A DNA stretch of 64,000 bases from Thraustochytrium aureum. Its lineage: Eukaryota. The stretch's first letter is position 1, and each line of letters begins with the position of its first letter. The stretch lies in contig BLSG01000298.1 in NCBI GenBank assembly GCA_012862495.1, positions 1-64,000 on the forward strand, read 5' to 3'. A program made the position numbers and the translations under genes. Under the pieces are notes generated by a model. The model made no database searches. It had not been told where the DNA came from and saw only the letters and a program-made list of their open reading frames with translations. Shown here piece after piece: positions 1 through 11,037 of the stretch.

Positions 1-3000
1 ACCAGAGGAACCTGCACGCAAAACAGGTTTGCGGATTTCGATCGGCGGAACCCGCGCACCTTCCGAGTTCAAGAGAACGGGCGCGCAAAACAACCCACCT
101 TCGCGCGCAGAGGCGTTTCGCGTGTGCAGAGCAAAAGATATGGTTGTTTTGTGAGGGGCGTGCCGCGCCCTCTCAACAACTCATCGAAGGATACCCTCTG
201 TCGAGTTGCACAACCAACTTAGTACCACCAACTGTGACGACCAGAAGCGGCCTTCGCGTGCAACAGAACATCAGAAGATGGACTCGGGAGCGATGCCAGT
301 GGGAGCCTGACGACGGAAAGGTGCGCCGGCCACTGGCAGGGCGTGGGGAAAGTAGAGTGAGTACTCCTCTACTCTACCAGTCTGCTCTACCTACCGCTCC
401 ACTAAAGCTCTTCAACTCGTCGTGCTGGCCTGCGAGGAGCGACGAAGGAACGAACGCTTCAGCGCGGCCAAACGATGACGCAAGTCCGCTCCAGCTACCG
501 ACGCTCGTGGCGCGAGATTTTCCAGTGCGCCCCCGCACGTACCGTCGATTCTCCGTGAGAACAGCGCCGCGCCCGCCAAGCCATCGCCATATGCCGGATG
601 CGCCGTGGAATCGGCAGGAAGTGCAGGGCCCCAAGAGTGCCGGACGGACAAGGGCAGCTCCAGAGGAGAGGCCCGTGCACGCGGCAGGGCCAAGGCGCAG
701 TGCCGAGCAAAGGTCGCAGAAAAGCCCGGCAGAGTTGGACAGGGAGCCGCGAAGAGACGGACGGTTCGTGCGCCAAGCTGCTCGAGGAGCTCTGCGGTGG
801 CTGCACAGGGACGCGGAGTCGCGCCAGCAGGCCAGAGAGAGACCGGCCGAGCGCGCGAGCGACCGAGCGCGCAAGCGAGCTGAGCTCGCCTCGTCCGCCG
901 CAGTGCACGACAGGCGGGAGCGCGCGTTCGGGGATTCATCCAGGTGAGTGGCGGATGCTAGTAGGCGCGGAACTGGCCGAGGGTGTTGGTTGGGATGTGG
1001 GGTCGGTGCGGTGGATTGAGTGGGGCGGTGGTTCGGCTGGCAGGTTGGGCGAGGTCGGCCGTGAACGGGCAAGTTGCGAGCGCACGGCGGGCTGGTTGGT
1101 CTTCCAGTGGAGCTGTACGAGGCCGGGCCCAAGGCGCCTCACGAAAGAGGCCGCACGAAAGTGGCGCGACATAAATCACCGCTTCAAGCAAGCCGGGCTG
1201 CGCGACGTCGCTGAAGCGCATTGCGAGAGCGCAAATCGGCCTCACGACTCGGACTGCAGCGCGTTGTCGTGGCTTAGCGTCACGCCGGGGGAGCGCCGGG
1301 GGAGGGGCTGCGCAAGTCGCCAGCGGTCCCTTCCTTGGCGTCCGCCTGAGCGGTTTCTGCGAGATCCTGGCCTGGAGCAACGGTTCCAGGACTCGCAGAG
1401 CTTTGCAGCGCTCTGGGCGCCCAACGCCACGTGGCGGGTCTCTGTACCCACGCTTGGGCCGGCCCGAACTGCTGTNNNNNNNNNNNNNNNNNNNNNNNNN
1501 NNNNNNNNNNNNNNNNNNNNNNNNNNNNNNNNNNNNNNNNNNNNNNNNNNNNNNNNNNNNNNNNNNNNNNNNNNNNNNNNNNNNNNNNNNNNNNNNNNNN
1601 NNNNNNNNNNNNNNNNNNNNNNNNNNNNNNNNNNNNNNNNNNNNNNNNNNNNNNNNNNNNNNNNNNNNNNNNNNNNNNNNNNNNNNNNNNNNNNNNNNNN
1701 NNNNNNNNNNNNNNNNNNNNNNNNNNNNNNNNNNNNNNNNNNNNNNNNNNNNNNNNNNNNNNNNNNNNNNNNNNNNNNNNNNNNNNNNNNNNNNNNNNNN
1801 NNNNNNNNNNNNNNNNNNNNNNNNNNNNNNNNNNNNNNNNNNNNNNNNNNNNNNNNNNNNNNNNNNNNNNNNNNNNNNNNNNNNNNNNNNNNNNNNNNNN
1901 NNNNNNNNNNNNNNNNNNNNNNNNNNNNNNNNNNNNNNNNNNNNNNNNNNNNNNNNNNNNNNNNNNNNNNNNNNNNNNNNNNNNNNNNNNNNNNNNNNNN
2001 NNNNNNNNNNNNNNNNNNNNNNNNNNNNNNNNNNGGGAGAGACACGGATCAACGAAAGAGCGCCTGGACGGGAGAGGGGAGGGAGAGCGAGGGGGGGGGT
2101 GGATGTGGTTGGTTCTGGTGGGCTGGTGGATGGATTGCCTGATCGCTTTTGATCGCCTGATCGCTTTGTTGGTTGATTGCCTGGGTTGTACCTACCGCCT
2201 CAATCAGCCTCTGTTGGCAAACTAACCCCCAATGAGAGCAGCAAACGGTCTGGTTTTCTCCTCAGAGTCGAGAGGAACGCGGGTGCGTACCCGAGCTCCG
2301 CTCCTGCGGCGTCCTGCAGAGTTGCGCTCAAGAGTGCCGTGAGGGCGGCGGCGTTTGTGTGGCGAAAGGTGAGTTTTGCTTTCTGGGGCGGAGAAGCGAT
2401 CAAATCCACACCGTTCAACGGGACCAAGTGGCCGCCGCCACGCCGCATCCATCCGACTCAGCGACGGCGTTTGTAAGGCGCTGCGACGACGTCAGAGGCG
2501 GCCCAGGATCGCGTGGCGCTTTGCTGCCTACGCGCGTCTCGAGGCGCGCCTGCGACGGCATCGATCGAACTTGCGGTGCGGGTACCAAAGTCCCTGGTGA
2601 CGGCGGCCGACGGCAGCCTTCTGGCTTTGAGTGGGAAGAGGGACTCGGAACTGGGAAAAAAACACCAACTCGCAGGCTGGGCAACTGACAGACTTGACGA
2701 ACGCACTGACAACAACCAGGCGAGTGCGTTTTTGGCGCGACAGGTGGCAATCCGGCTCAAGCGCAGGCAGGCATCTAGGACAAGCGAGCTGGCGCACATC
2801 GCCTGATCGTCAATCCAAACCCAGCGTTGGACCGAGGGGCTGCTCCGAGCAGATCTGAGATCGTGACGCCGACGACGCATCCGCGCTGATTGTTGGATTT
2901 GCCCGCAAGTGCCAATCATTAGGTGCGAGCAGGCGCAGCAGTCCCGAATCGAGCGCCTGCCGACGACGTGAGCGCCCGAGAGCGACGACCGCGCTCGAGC

Positions 3001-3459
3001 CAAAGCGCGAGCCAAGAAACGCCAACAAGCCCGGCAGCAGGCCGCTGCCCGGAAGCCAAGCCAGACAGAGAGACCGGTCCATCGATTCATCGACTCGGAG
3101 ACGCGCGCTTGGGGCCGCGATACAGAACCCGCCGAGCAATTTGCGAGCCCTGCTTGCCCAACGAATCGCCGCCTTCCTGCCGATCGAGCAATCTGCAGCG
3201 CCGGGCAGGCGCCGCGCCAGCAGTCCCCAAAACCCAAACGCACCTCCTGAGCAGCCTGCGTCGTCGGTGGTTGCCGCAGACGCGGGTGGGACACGGAAAG
3301 TGCACCCTCTTGGTGACGCGCGCCCCGACCACGTGAGCCGCCGCAAGCGCCTCTGCCAACCTGTTCGCTGACGGCGCGCGCAACGCACTGGCAGCGCGCA
3401 ACAGAAACGACACACCGCAACTGCGCGCACCCCGCAGCACGCACTGTGCGGGAACAAAC

Positions 3460-5042
3460 ATGAATCACGAGTCGGCGCTCAACTTTGTCGCAGGCGTTCC
3501 TCATTCTGGCGCGCACGACATCCCCGCAGCCGACAGCGACCTCACGAGCTGGCTCGTCATGAGCGGCGACCTCCTCGGCTCGAGCCGCGGCGGCAACATG
3601 TTTGACATGGACGACCCTTTCATGGGCGAAGAATCGTTCATCCCACCGCCGCCGAGCTCGGCGCTCCACCATGGCCNNNNNNNNNNNNNNNNNNNNNNNN
3701 NNNNNNNNNNNNNNNNNNNNNNNNNNNNNNNNNNNNNNNNNNNNNNNNNNNNNNNNNNNNNNNNNNNNNNNNNNNNNNNNNNNNNNNNNNNNNNNNNNNN
3801 NNNNNNNNNNNNNNNNNNNNNNNNNNNNNNNNNNNNNNNNNNNNNNNNNNNNNNNNNNNNNNNNNNNNNNNNNNNNNNNNNNNNNNNNNNNNNNNNNNNN
3901 NNNNNNNNNNNNNNNNNNNNNNNNNNNNNNNNNNNNNNNNNNNNNNNNNNNNNNNNNNNNNNNNNNNNNNNNNNNNNNNNNNNNNNNNNNNNNNNNNNNN
4001 NNNNNNNNNNNNNNNNNNNNNNNNNNNNNNNNNNNNNNNNNNNNNNNNNNNNNNNNNNNNNNNNNNNNNNNNNNNNNNNNNNNNNNNNNNCGAGTCCAGC
4101 TCCGCGTCGGTTGTCTCGCAAGGCTCGCAGGACATGGACGGCACGGGCGACCCGACGGCCAAGCGCCAGCGCAGGCTGGAGCGCAACCGCGAGATCGCCA
4201 AGGCCTGCCGCCGCCGCAAACGCGAGCGCGTCTCCAAGCTCGAGGAAGAGGTCATCAAGCTCCGCCAGTACAACCAGCAGCTCGAGAAGCAGGTCAACAA
4301 GGGCCGCGACGGCCGCGACCGCGAGGTCGCGCGCAAGGCCGAGCTCATGGGCATGAAGAAGATGCTCGACTCAAAGTGCTCCGAGGTGGACATGAAGCTG
4401 CCGCTCGCGCAGTACAAGGAAATGTACAGCGACTTTGGCCGCGAGCGCAACCTAGCCATCCAGTTCCACATGAGCCAGCTCAAGGGGCTTATCATCCCCA
4501 ACACGGTCAGCAAGATGACCCTCTGGAGCCTGCAGCAGGACGACGAGTTCTACGACGAGAAGAAAAACCAAAAGACCTTTGGCGGAGGCATCTGGAACAT
4601 GCTCTCCAGCGAGCTCCAGTTCACGGACGAGCAGAAAAAGACGCTGCTCGGCATGCGCCACGGCATCCGCGCACAGCGCCGCAACGTCGCCGAGTGCCTG
4701 CGCATTCTCAAGGAGCTCGAGACCCGGGTCAGTGCCAACTTTGAGTCGATGCAAAAGCAGATGGAGATGGTCATGTCCACCATCACGCCAACGCAGCAGG
4801 CGCGCTTTCTTCTGTGGATCGAGAGGAACAAGGCCTGCACCTTTATGATCAACAACCTCTGGCAAGCGAACGAGGCGGACGGCGGCGCCAAGGGAAGCGC
4901 AGCTCAGCCCGCGGACGAGGAGTTTGACGACTCTGCCTCTTCGATGGGCATGTCGACGGCTTCTGGCTCCAGCAAGGCCAGCGCGCAGTACCATGGCAGC
5001 AACGTCTCGGTCAACTCGACCGTCTCCTCGCACAAGCCCTAG
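3460..5042 (+). CDS. bZIP transcription factor (interrupted by assembly gap 3677-4090)
   Basis: Basic region KRQRRLERNREIAKACRRRKRER (N-x7-R) is followed by heptad zipper VSKLEEEVIKLRQYNQQLE. There is a helical C-terminal domain. The N-terminal part starts at ATG 3460, before the gap. Confidence 0.9.
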
Positions 5043-5201
5043 GTGGACCTCGCGTGCCGCGGGCCTCGCGTTGCGCGGCTTCCTGTGTTGGCGCCTTGCA
5101 TGACTGCTCGTAGAGCTGCTAGCTCTAGCTAGAGTGATTCTTTTCCCCTTGTTTGCTTTTTCTTCGTCCCTGGCCCGCCGTGACCACCGGGTGAATCAGG
5201 A

Positions 5202-5443
5202 AAACGTGGGCCTCGTTGCCCCGCGTTCGGCGATAAGGACGAACTCGCTATCTTCACGACCTGCAGCCGGCGAGTCGCCTGCCAAACGTGGGCCTCGTTG
5301 CCCCGCGTTCGGCGATAAGGACGAACTCGCTATCTTCAAGACCTGCAGCCGGCGAGTCGCCTGCCAAACGTGGGCCTCGTTGCCCCGCGTTCGGCGATAA
5401 GGACGAACTCGCTATCTTCAAGCCCTGCAGCCGGCGAGTCGCC
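5202..5443. repeat. 82-bp tandem repeat, about 3 near-identical copies
   Basis: The unit beginning aaacgtgggcctcgttgccccgcgttcggcgataaggacg starts at 5202, 5284 and 5366, with only a few substitutions between copies. Confidence 0.95.
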
Positions 5444-5896
5444 GGGCTCACCGAGCCCGGGCTCGCGCGTCGGTTCGCCAAAACCGGGCCAAGAAACGCG
5501 TGCAGAACCTACTCACCGTACTAACTCTGGTGTACTCGCGTGAACTTGTACCAACGCCTCTCTGTAGGAAGTTCACGTTGGAGAAGGAAAGAAAAAAACT
5601 CCACTGTACGGAGGGACCGCTCCGCACAACGTCTGGCGAACAGCCTCCTCGAAGCCAGTGCGAGTTCGCCGTGAGTCTTGAGTGCGCCGGTTCGCCACAA
5701 CGTCGTGGTCACTGGTGACCTTCGTTGCTGCAATAACGCGCATCGGGATTGTTGCTGATGGCAGCAGACCCCGAACGCCAAGCAGCTCGCCAGACCAGAC
5801 ACAGGAGCGCAAGTAGAACAGCAGGACGCCGCTGATCACGCCAGACAACAAGGAGCAAGCCTGCAACCGTTCGTGATTTGCTGTACGACGCCAACC

Positions 5897-6108
5897 ATGG
5901 AGGACCACATCACGATGCAGGACCTCGAGGACCTCGCCGAGGCGTGCTCGGCTCGGCTCGTTGCGGCAGAAGAAGCGCTGTGGCGCGCAAACGAGCAGGT
6001 GGCGGTTGCGCAACAGCTGCTCAACGGCGCTATCTCGAGCAAGGCCGCTGCGGTCGGACAAGCAGTCCAGGCCGCTCACGAGAAGGCGCTGCTCCAAAGA
6101 GCTTTGAC
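5897..6108 (+). CDS. hypothetical coiled-coil protein, 5' fragment running into gap
   Basis: MEDHITMQDLEDLAEACSARLVAAEEALWRANEQ... is an Ala/Glu/Gln-rich helical ORF with coding-like codon usage. I recognised no family. Confidence 0.45.
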
Positions 6109-6966
6109 NNNNNNNNNNNNNNNNNNNNNNNNNNNNNNNNNNNNNNNNNNNNNNNNNNNNNNNNNNNNNNNNNNNNNNNNNNNNNNNNNNNNNNNNNNNN
6201 NNNNNNNNNNNNNNNNNNNNNNNNNNNNNNNNNNNNNNNNNNNNNNNNNNNNNNNNNNNNNNNNNNNNNNNNNNNNNNNNNNNNNNNNNNNNNNNNNNNN
6301 NNNNNNNNNNNNNNNNNNNNNNNNNNNNNNNNNNNNNNNNNNNNNNNNNNNNNNNNNNNNNNNNNNNNNNNNNNNNNNNNNNNNNNNNNNNNNNNNNNNN
6401 NNNNNNNNNNNNNNNNNNNNNNNNNNNNNNNNNNNNNNNNNNNNNNNNNNNNNNNNNNNNNNNNNNNNNNNNNNNNNNNNNNNNNNNNNNNNNNNNNNNN
6501 NNNNNNNNNNNNNNNNNNNNNNNNNNNNNNNNNNNNNNNNNNNNNNNNNNNNNNNNNNNNNNNNNNNNNNNNNNNNNNNNNNNNNNNNNNNNNNNNNNNN
6601 NNNNNNNNNNNNNNNNNNNNNNNNNNNNNNNNNNNNNNNNNNNNNNNNNNNNNNNNNNNNNNNNNNNNNNNNNNNNNNNNNNNNNNNNNNNNNNNNNNNN
6701 NNNNNNNNNNNNNNNNNNNNNNNNNNNNNNNNNNNNNNNNNNNNNNNNNNNNNNNNNNNNNNNNNNNNNNNNNNNNNNNNNNNNNNNNNNNNNNNNNNNN
6801 NNNNNNNNNNNNNNNNNNNNNNNNNNNNNNNNNNNNNNNNNNNNNNNNNNNNNNNNNNNNNNNNNNNNNNNNNNNNNNNNNNNNNNNNNNNNNNNNNNNN
6901 NNNNNNNNNNNNNNNNNNNNNNNNNNNNNNNNNNNNNNNNNNNNNNNNNNNNNNNNNNNNNNNNNN

Positions 6967-7280
6967 GACACCCCGCTCCTTGCCTTGCGCGCCGCTGGCA
7001 GCCCCAAACCTCGTCCACGACTTGCGGCTGTCCATCATCTCAATGGCCTCCGTGCTGCGCCTGAACAGCTTGACGCGCTCCACCTGCGCAGCGCCGTCCT
7101 CGGTCAGACTCGCGCCCTCCAGCACCTCGAGGCGTCGAGGCCTTCCTCGGCCACCCAGCAACTCACCGCGCGGAGGAACCCAGGCTCGCCCGGCTCCGCC
7201 TCGTACACCACCTGCGTGAGGATGTCGTTCTCGTCCGGCGGGCCGCGCCGCACGACGCGCTCGCCGCCAGCCTCCTCCAT
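6967..7280 (-). CDS. eIF3g: eIF3 subunit G-like N-terminal fragment; intron 7084-7166; 3' end lies in gap
   Basis: The spliced product MEEAGGERVVRRGPPDENDILTQVVYE...FLRA|VERVKLFRRSTEAIEMMDSRKSWTRFGAA resembles the eIF3g motifs PDENGIKTVIEY...RKxWxKFG. A GTGAGT donor, CTGAC branch site and CAG acceptor join the two frames in phase. Confidence 0.65.
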
Positions 7281-7819
7281 GGCGCCCGCGCTGCCGTTGC
7301 CGCACTGACGCCGTCCAGCGAGGACCTGCGCAGCGCACAGACTGTCCGGTCGGACGACGGTCGTGCAGGACTTGGCCAAGCCGACTCGAGCGTGGTCCAG
7401 AATCGTGACGGCTCGGCGAGGTCCAAAGCACAGCGCAGCCCCAGCCCCTCGCAACACGCGACTCGACAAGGAGGCTGGCCCGGTGCGACGCAACGAGGTT
7501 GGCTACAAGGAGATTGGCCCGGCGCGACGCAACGAGGATGGCTTGGCAAGGTCGAAAGCACAGCGCAGCGCGAGCTCGCGCAACAGAACGAGAATAGACT
7601 GGTGTGCAAGGCAAGGAAATGAGGGCAACACGAGCAGGGGAGCAAATATGTGCGTGTTGGTTGGGTTGGGCGGCACTGCCCAAGAGGCTTGCAAGGGCTA
7701 CGTTTTCGTTTGAACGGCCTCTGCGCTGATCTTCTTTCGACTGAGGCTCGCGCGAGGGCTGCGTCTAAACGAGGTTGATCACACGCGTCGGTGACGCTAC
7801 AAGTCCGAGCCTACTCTGA

Positions 7820-10316
7820 TCAGTCGGCGAGCTCCTCGATCGTGACGCCAGACCCCGCGCCGGCGGAGGCAATGGACTGCACGCTCGCGATTCCTGTAGC
7901 TTCGCCAAGAACATCTGCGAAGGAGCGGGCCGCCTCTTGCCCGGACGCGCCATCGAACGAGCCGGACTGCCCTTCGTCGCTACCGCCACCAAACAGCGAC
8001 GCATGGTACGTGGCCTCGTCCTCGCCTTCACCGACCGCGCTACTCTGGCTATCTCCAGCGTCGTCCGTCTCCCACGGTTTACGAGGCGGCGCCAGCGTCG
8101 GTTTCGACGGGTTGTTGGCGTCAACGCTCAAAGAGTTGGGGATTTTCTTGATACCCGGCGGCTCCTTGCCCTCGCTGACCATCTTGAAAACCTCCGCGTA
8201 CGAGAGAGGGTACTCGGGCTTGCTGCCGTCTTTTACCGCGTCCCCGATCGGCGCCCCCTCAGCCGCTTCCTCCTTCACGCCAGGCGCAATCGGCGCGACG
8301 CCAGCCGGTGCTGCCCCGGCTTGTGGCTGCGGGGCAGGGGCTTGGGCAGCGGCTTGGGCAGGGGCTTGGGCAGGAACTGGAGCTGACGCGGTTGGTGCTG
8401 CGGGGGCCCCGGCACTGCTCAGAGAAAACGGGGGTGCAACAAAGGCCTCCTTCTTCTTTGGTGGCGCGGCAGGCGAGTCTGCACTCTGCGGCGCGCTCAC
8501 GGACGAGGCAGTCGCTGCATCGTCCTGACCTGGCAGAGGCTGCGCCTTGGAGACAGTTTCGAGATTGGCAATAGTATCGCGGAGGACCTCGAGACCCCAC
8601 TTGTCCTTGTTGTCGCGCCACTCGGCGCTCCACTCGAGTGTGGGGCTTCGCGAGCCCATCCCAAGACCCTGGCCGCGCTCTTCAAACCCGTTCGCGCGCA
8701 GTAGGTCCAAATGGAACTCTACGTCGCCCAAGCACTTGATGTAGCTCTGGTTGGAGCGCGCAATGCGCCCGTATCGCGGGGCGTCGGGCTCTTTGGCCAG
8801 ATTTCGCAAGTACATGAGAATGAGGTTCACGGCTGCCCTGATCTTGTCCTTGGGGCAGGCCTCGACCATTTTGGCAAGCGCGGTGCGTGAAGCGTGCATC
8901 TTCTGCTGTGCAACTTCTTCATCCGACGGCACGTCCTCCGCCTCGGCAGCGGCGGCGGTGGCCGCAGCCGCGCTCTCTGCGGCAGCAACAGCAACCTCCT
9001 CGGCTGCGGCGCTGTCGATCGGGCTCGAGGCCGCCTTGATCAGGTCGTCGAGCGGATTCGACTTGGCCACTTGCTTGACCGCCGCGGCACCGCCCACCTT
9101 TGAGTCCCCGTTGCCGTCCGAGGCAGACGCTGCCACGTCGATTGCCTTGAGCTTGGCTGCCACCTCGTCAGGGGATCCGCCAGCCAGCAAAAGCGTCTTG
9201 ATTGAGCCCAGCTCGGCCTTCAGGTCGCTCGTAGCCTGCGTGAGGCTGGCAACCCAGGCTGCCTGACTTGGCTCACTGCTGGAGTTTCGTTTCCGCCTTT
9301 CTTGAGCTCCCCGATCTGAAGAGCGAGGCACTGCAGGGACGACCCGACCTCCTTGAGCAGCTCCGTTTGTTGCTTGACCACCTCAGCGAGGGCCTCGGTG
9401 CCCGCGCTGCTCATGCCAAGCATGTTGCCGTCGTTGAATCCAACAAGACCACCGCTGGCGTAAGGCGCGCTGCCAAACATTGCGTTGGCGTCCATGGGAA
9501 TAATGGCTTGGCCGAAGCGCTCTGCCTCGAACGCGGCTGCGCTCGGCACTGGCTTGCCNNNNNNNNNNNNNNNNNNNNNNNNNNNNNNNNNNNNNNNNNN
9601 NNNNNNNNNNNNNNNNNNNNNNNNNNNNNNNNNNNNNNNNNNNNNNNNNNNNNNNNNNNNNNNNNNNNNNNNNNNNNNNNNNNNNNNNNNNNNNNNNNNN
9701 NNNNNNNNNNNNNNNNNNNNNNNNNNNNNNNNNNNNNNNNNNNNNNNNNNNNNNNNNNNNNNNNNNNNNNNNNNNNNNNNNNNNNNNNNNNNNNNNNNNN
9801 NNNNNNNNNNNNNNNNNNNNNNNNNNNNNNNNNNNNNNNNNNNNNNNNNNNNNNGGGGGAACCTGCGCTCCTGGAGGTGCAAACGGCCCCAACCACTGCG
9901 GCGGGGCGCCTTGTTTAAGCACCATGGTCTTGTACAGGAACGCCATGCCGGCGCCTGCAGACAAGGCCAGAGTGCCAGGGACGAGAATGCGGTTTACCCA
10001 TGACTGCTGCTGCTGCGACGGCGCCGGTGGCGGAGGCTGCTGCTGAGCGGGAATCGGTGGGCCACCAAAGTTGACAGGTCCACGCCCCCGATCACCGCTT
10101 GCTGCTGCTGGTTGCGGGGCTGCCCTCGGCCTGCCCTGCGTCGCCTTGCCCGACTTTGCCCGACGTTTTCGCATCGGCCCGCTTGACGGCCTCGTTGATC
10201 TCCTCTTCAGTCAGGCCTTTGTTTCGCAGAAACCCGACGCGCTCCTCGAGAGGGGCTTGCTGCACCTTCGGGTGCGTCAGGAACGTGACGCCATTCGCGA
10301 CCTGGTCCTCGCGCAT
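7820..10316 (-). CDS. PEX14: peroxisomal membrane protein PEX14 with internal PUB domain and C-terminal KPWE domain (2 frameshifts, 1 gap)
   Basis: Pex14_N MREDQVANGVTFLTHPKVQQAPLEERVGFLRNKGLTEEEINEA; hydrophobic segment WVNRILVPGTLALSAGAGMAFLY; coiled coil; PUB-like LILMYLRNLAKEPDAPRYGRIARSN...LLRANGF; PLSYAEVFKMVSEGKEPPGIKKIP...PRKPWE. Frameshifts lie near 10130 and 9285. Confidence 0.88.
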
Positions 10317-10481
10317 CCTGCTCGCCTCCACCGACGCGCCCGCAGCGTCCTCGTTCCGCGCACTTTCGACGGCGTCGGCCGGTCTCGCTCACCGCGCAAG
10401 ACTTCGTTTCGCTCCGCGTTGGCTGCCCGGCCAGCCTGACGGCCTGACGGCCTGGCCAGCCTGAAACTATACCAAACAACC

Positions 10482-10482
10482 G

Positions 10483-10518
<36 letters not shown>
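10482..10518. repeat. (CCTG)n microsatellite, about 9 units
   Basis: Read directly from the sequence; lies upstream of PEX14. Confidence 0.95.
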
Positions 10519-10521
<3 letters not shown>

Positions 10522-11037
10522 GCCAGCCTGCCACTGCTCGGTCCGCGCGGCTTCAGGTGTCTGTCGCGCTCGACTCCAGTCCGCTCCGCTGAGATGGTTT
10601 TGGATTTCCCAAGTCGTCCCTGCACCTGCTCTCCGTCCCTTCTCCTCAGTCCCGCGTCACTTTGTTTACCATAGTGACGAAGATCTGACGTGGTTGTTTT
10701 TCCCAAGGCGTCAGTTTAGGGCCTTTGTGACTGGTGCGCGCCAGAGAGCAAGGGCGCCGTCACGCTAGGGGCACGGTGTCGTGAATATTCGGCGCGATGT
10801 GACGGGCGCGGGTCTGGAGTGACGGGGACGTGGTTGTGTCGCGGAGGTGACGCGAGAGGGGGGTGGAGAGACGAGACGACGGTTTGCGCCAGGTGGAACG
10901 TGGGCAGAGCTGCGTGGCGGCCTGCAGCGGAGTGGGGATACCGACGAACGGGACGCGCGGCAGGCTGTCACCGTACGGCCGAGAAGGACCGCGACGCCCT
11001 CAGAGCCGAACGCGAGAGCACACCAGCAGTTACCGCG

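Noticed and set aside
144..3400. Long Arg/Ala/Pro-rich ORFs upstream of the bZIP, including a possible donor site at 943
   Set aside because: I recognised no domains, and the composition is typical of spurious ORFs in GC-rich DNA or ORFs extended through N-runs.
5202..5443. CRISPR array
   Set aside because: The repeats are contiguous with no unique spacers, there are no cas genes and the context is eukaryotic.
7410..7590. Imperfect 39-bp duplication and a second dispersed duplication between eIF3g-like and PEX14
   Set aside because: These are only two degenerate copies each, with no terminal repeats or target-site duplication to suggest an element.
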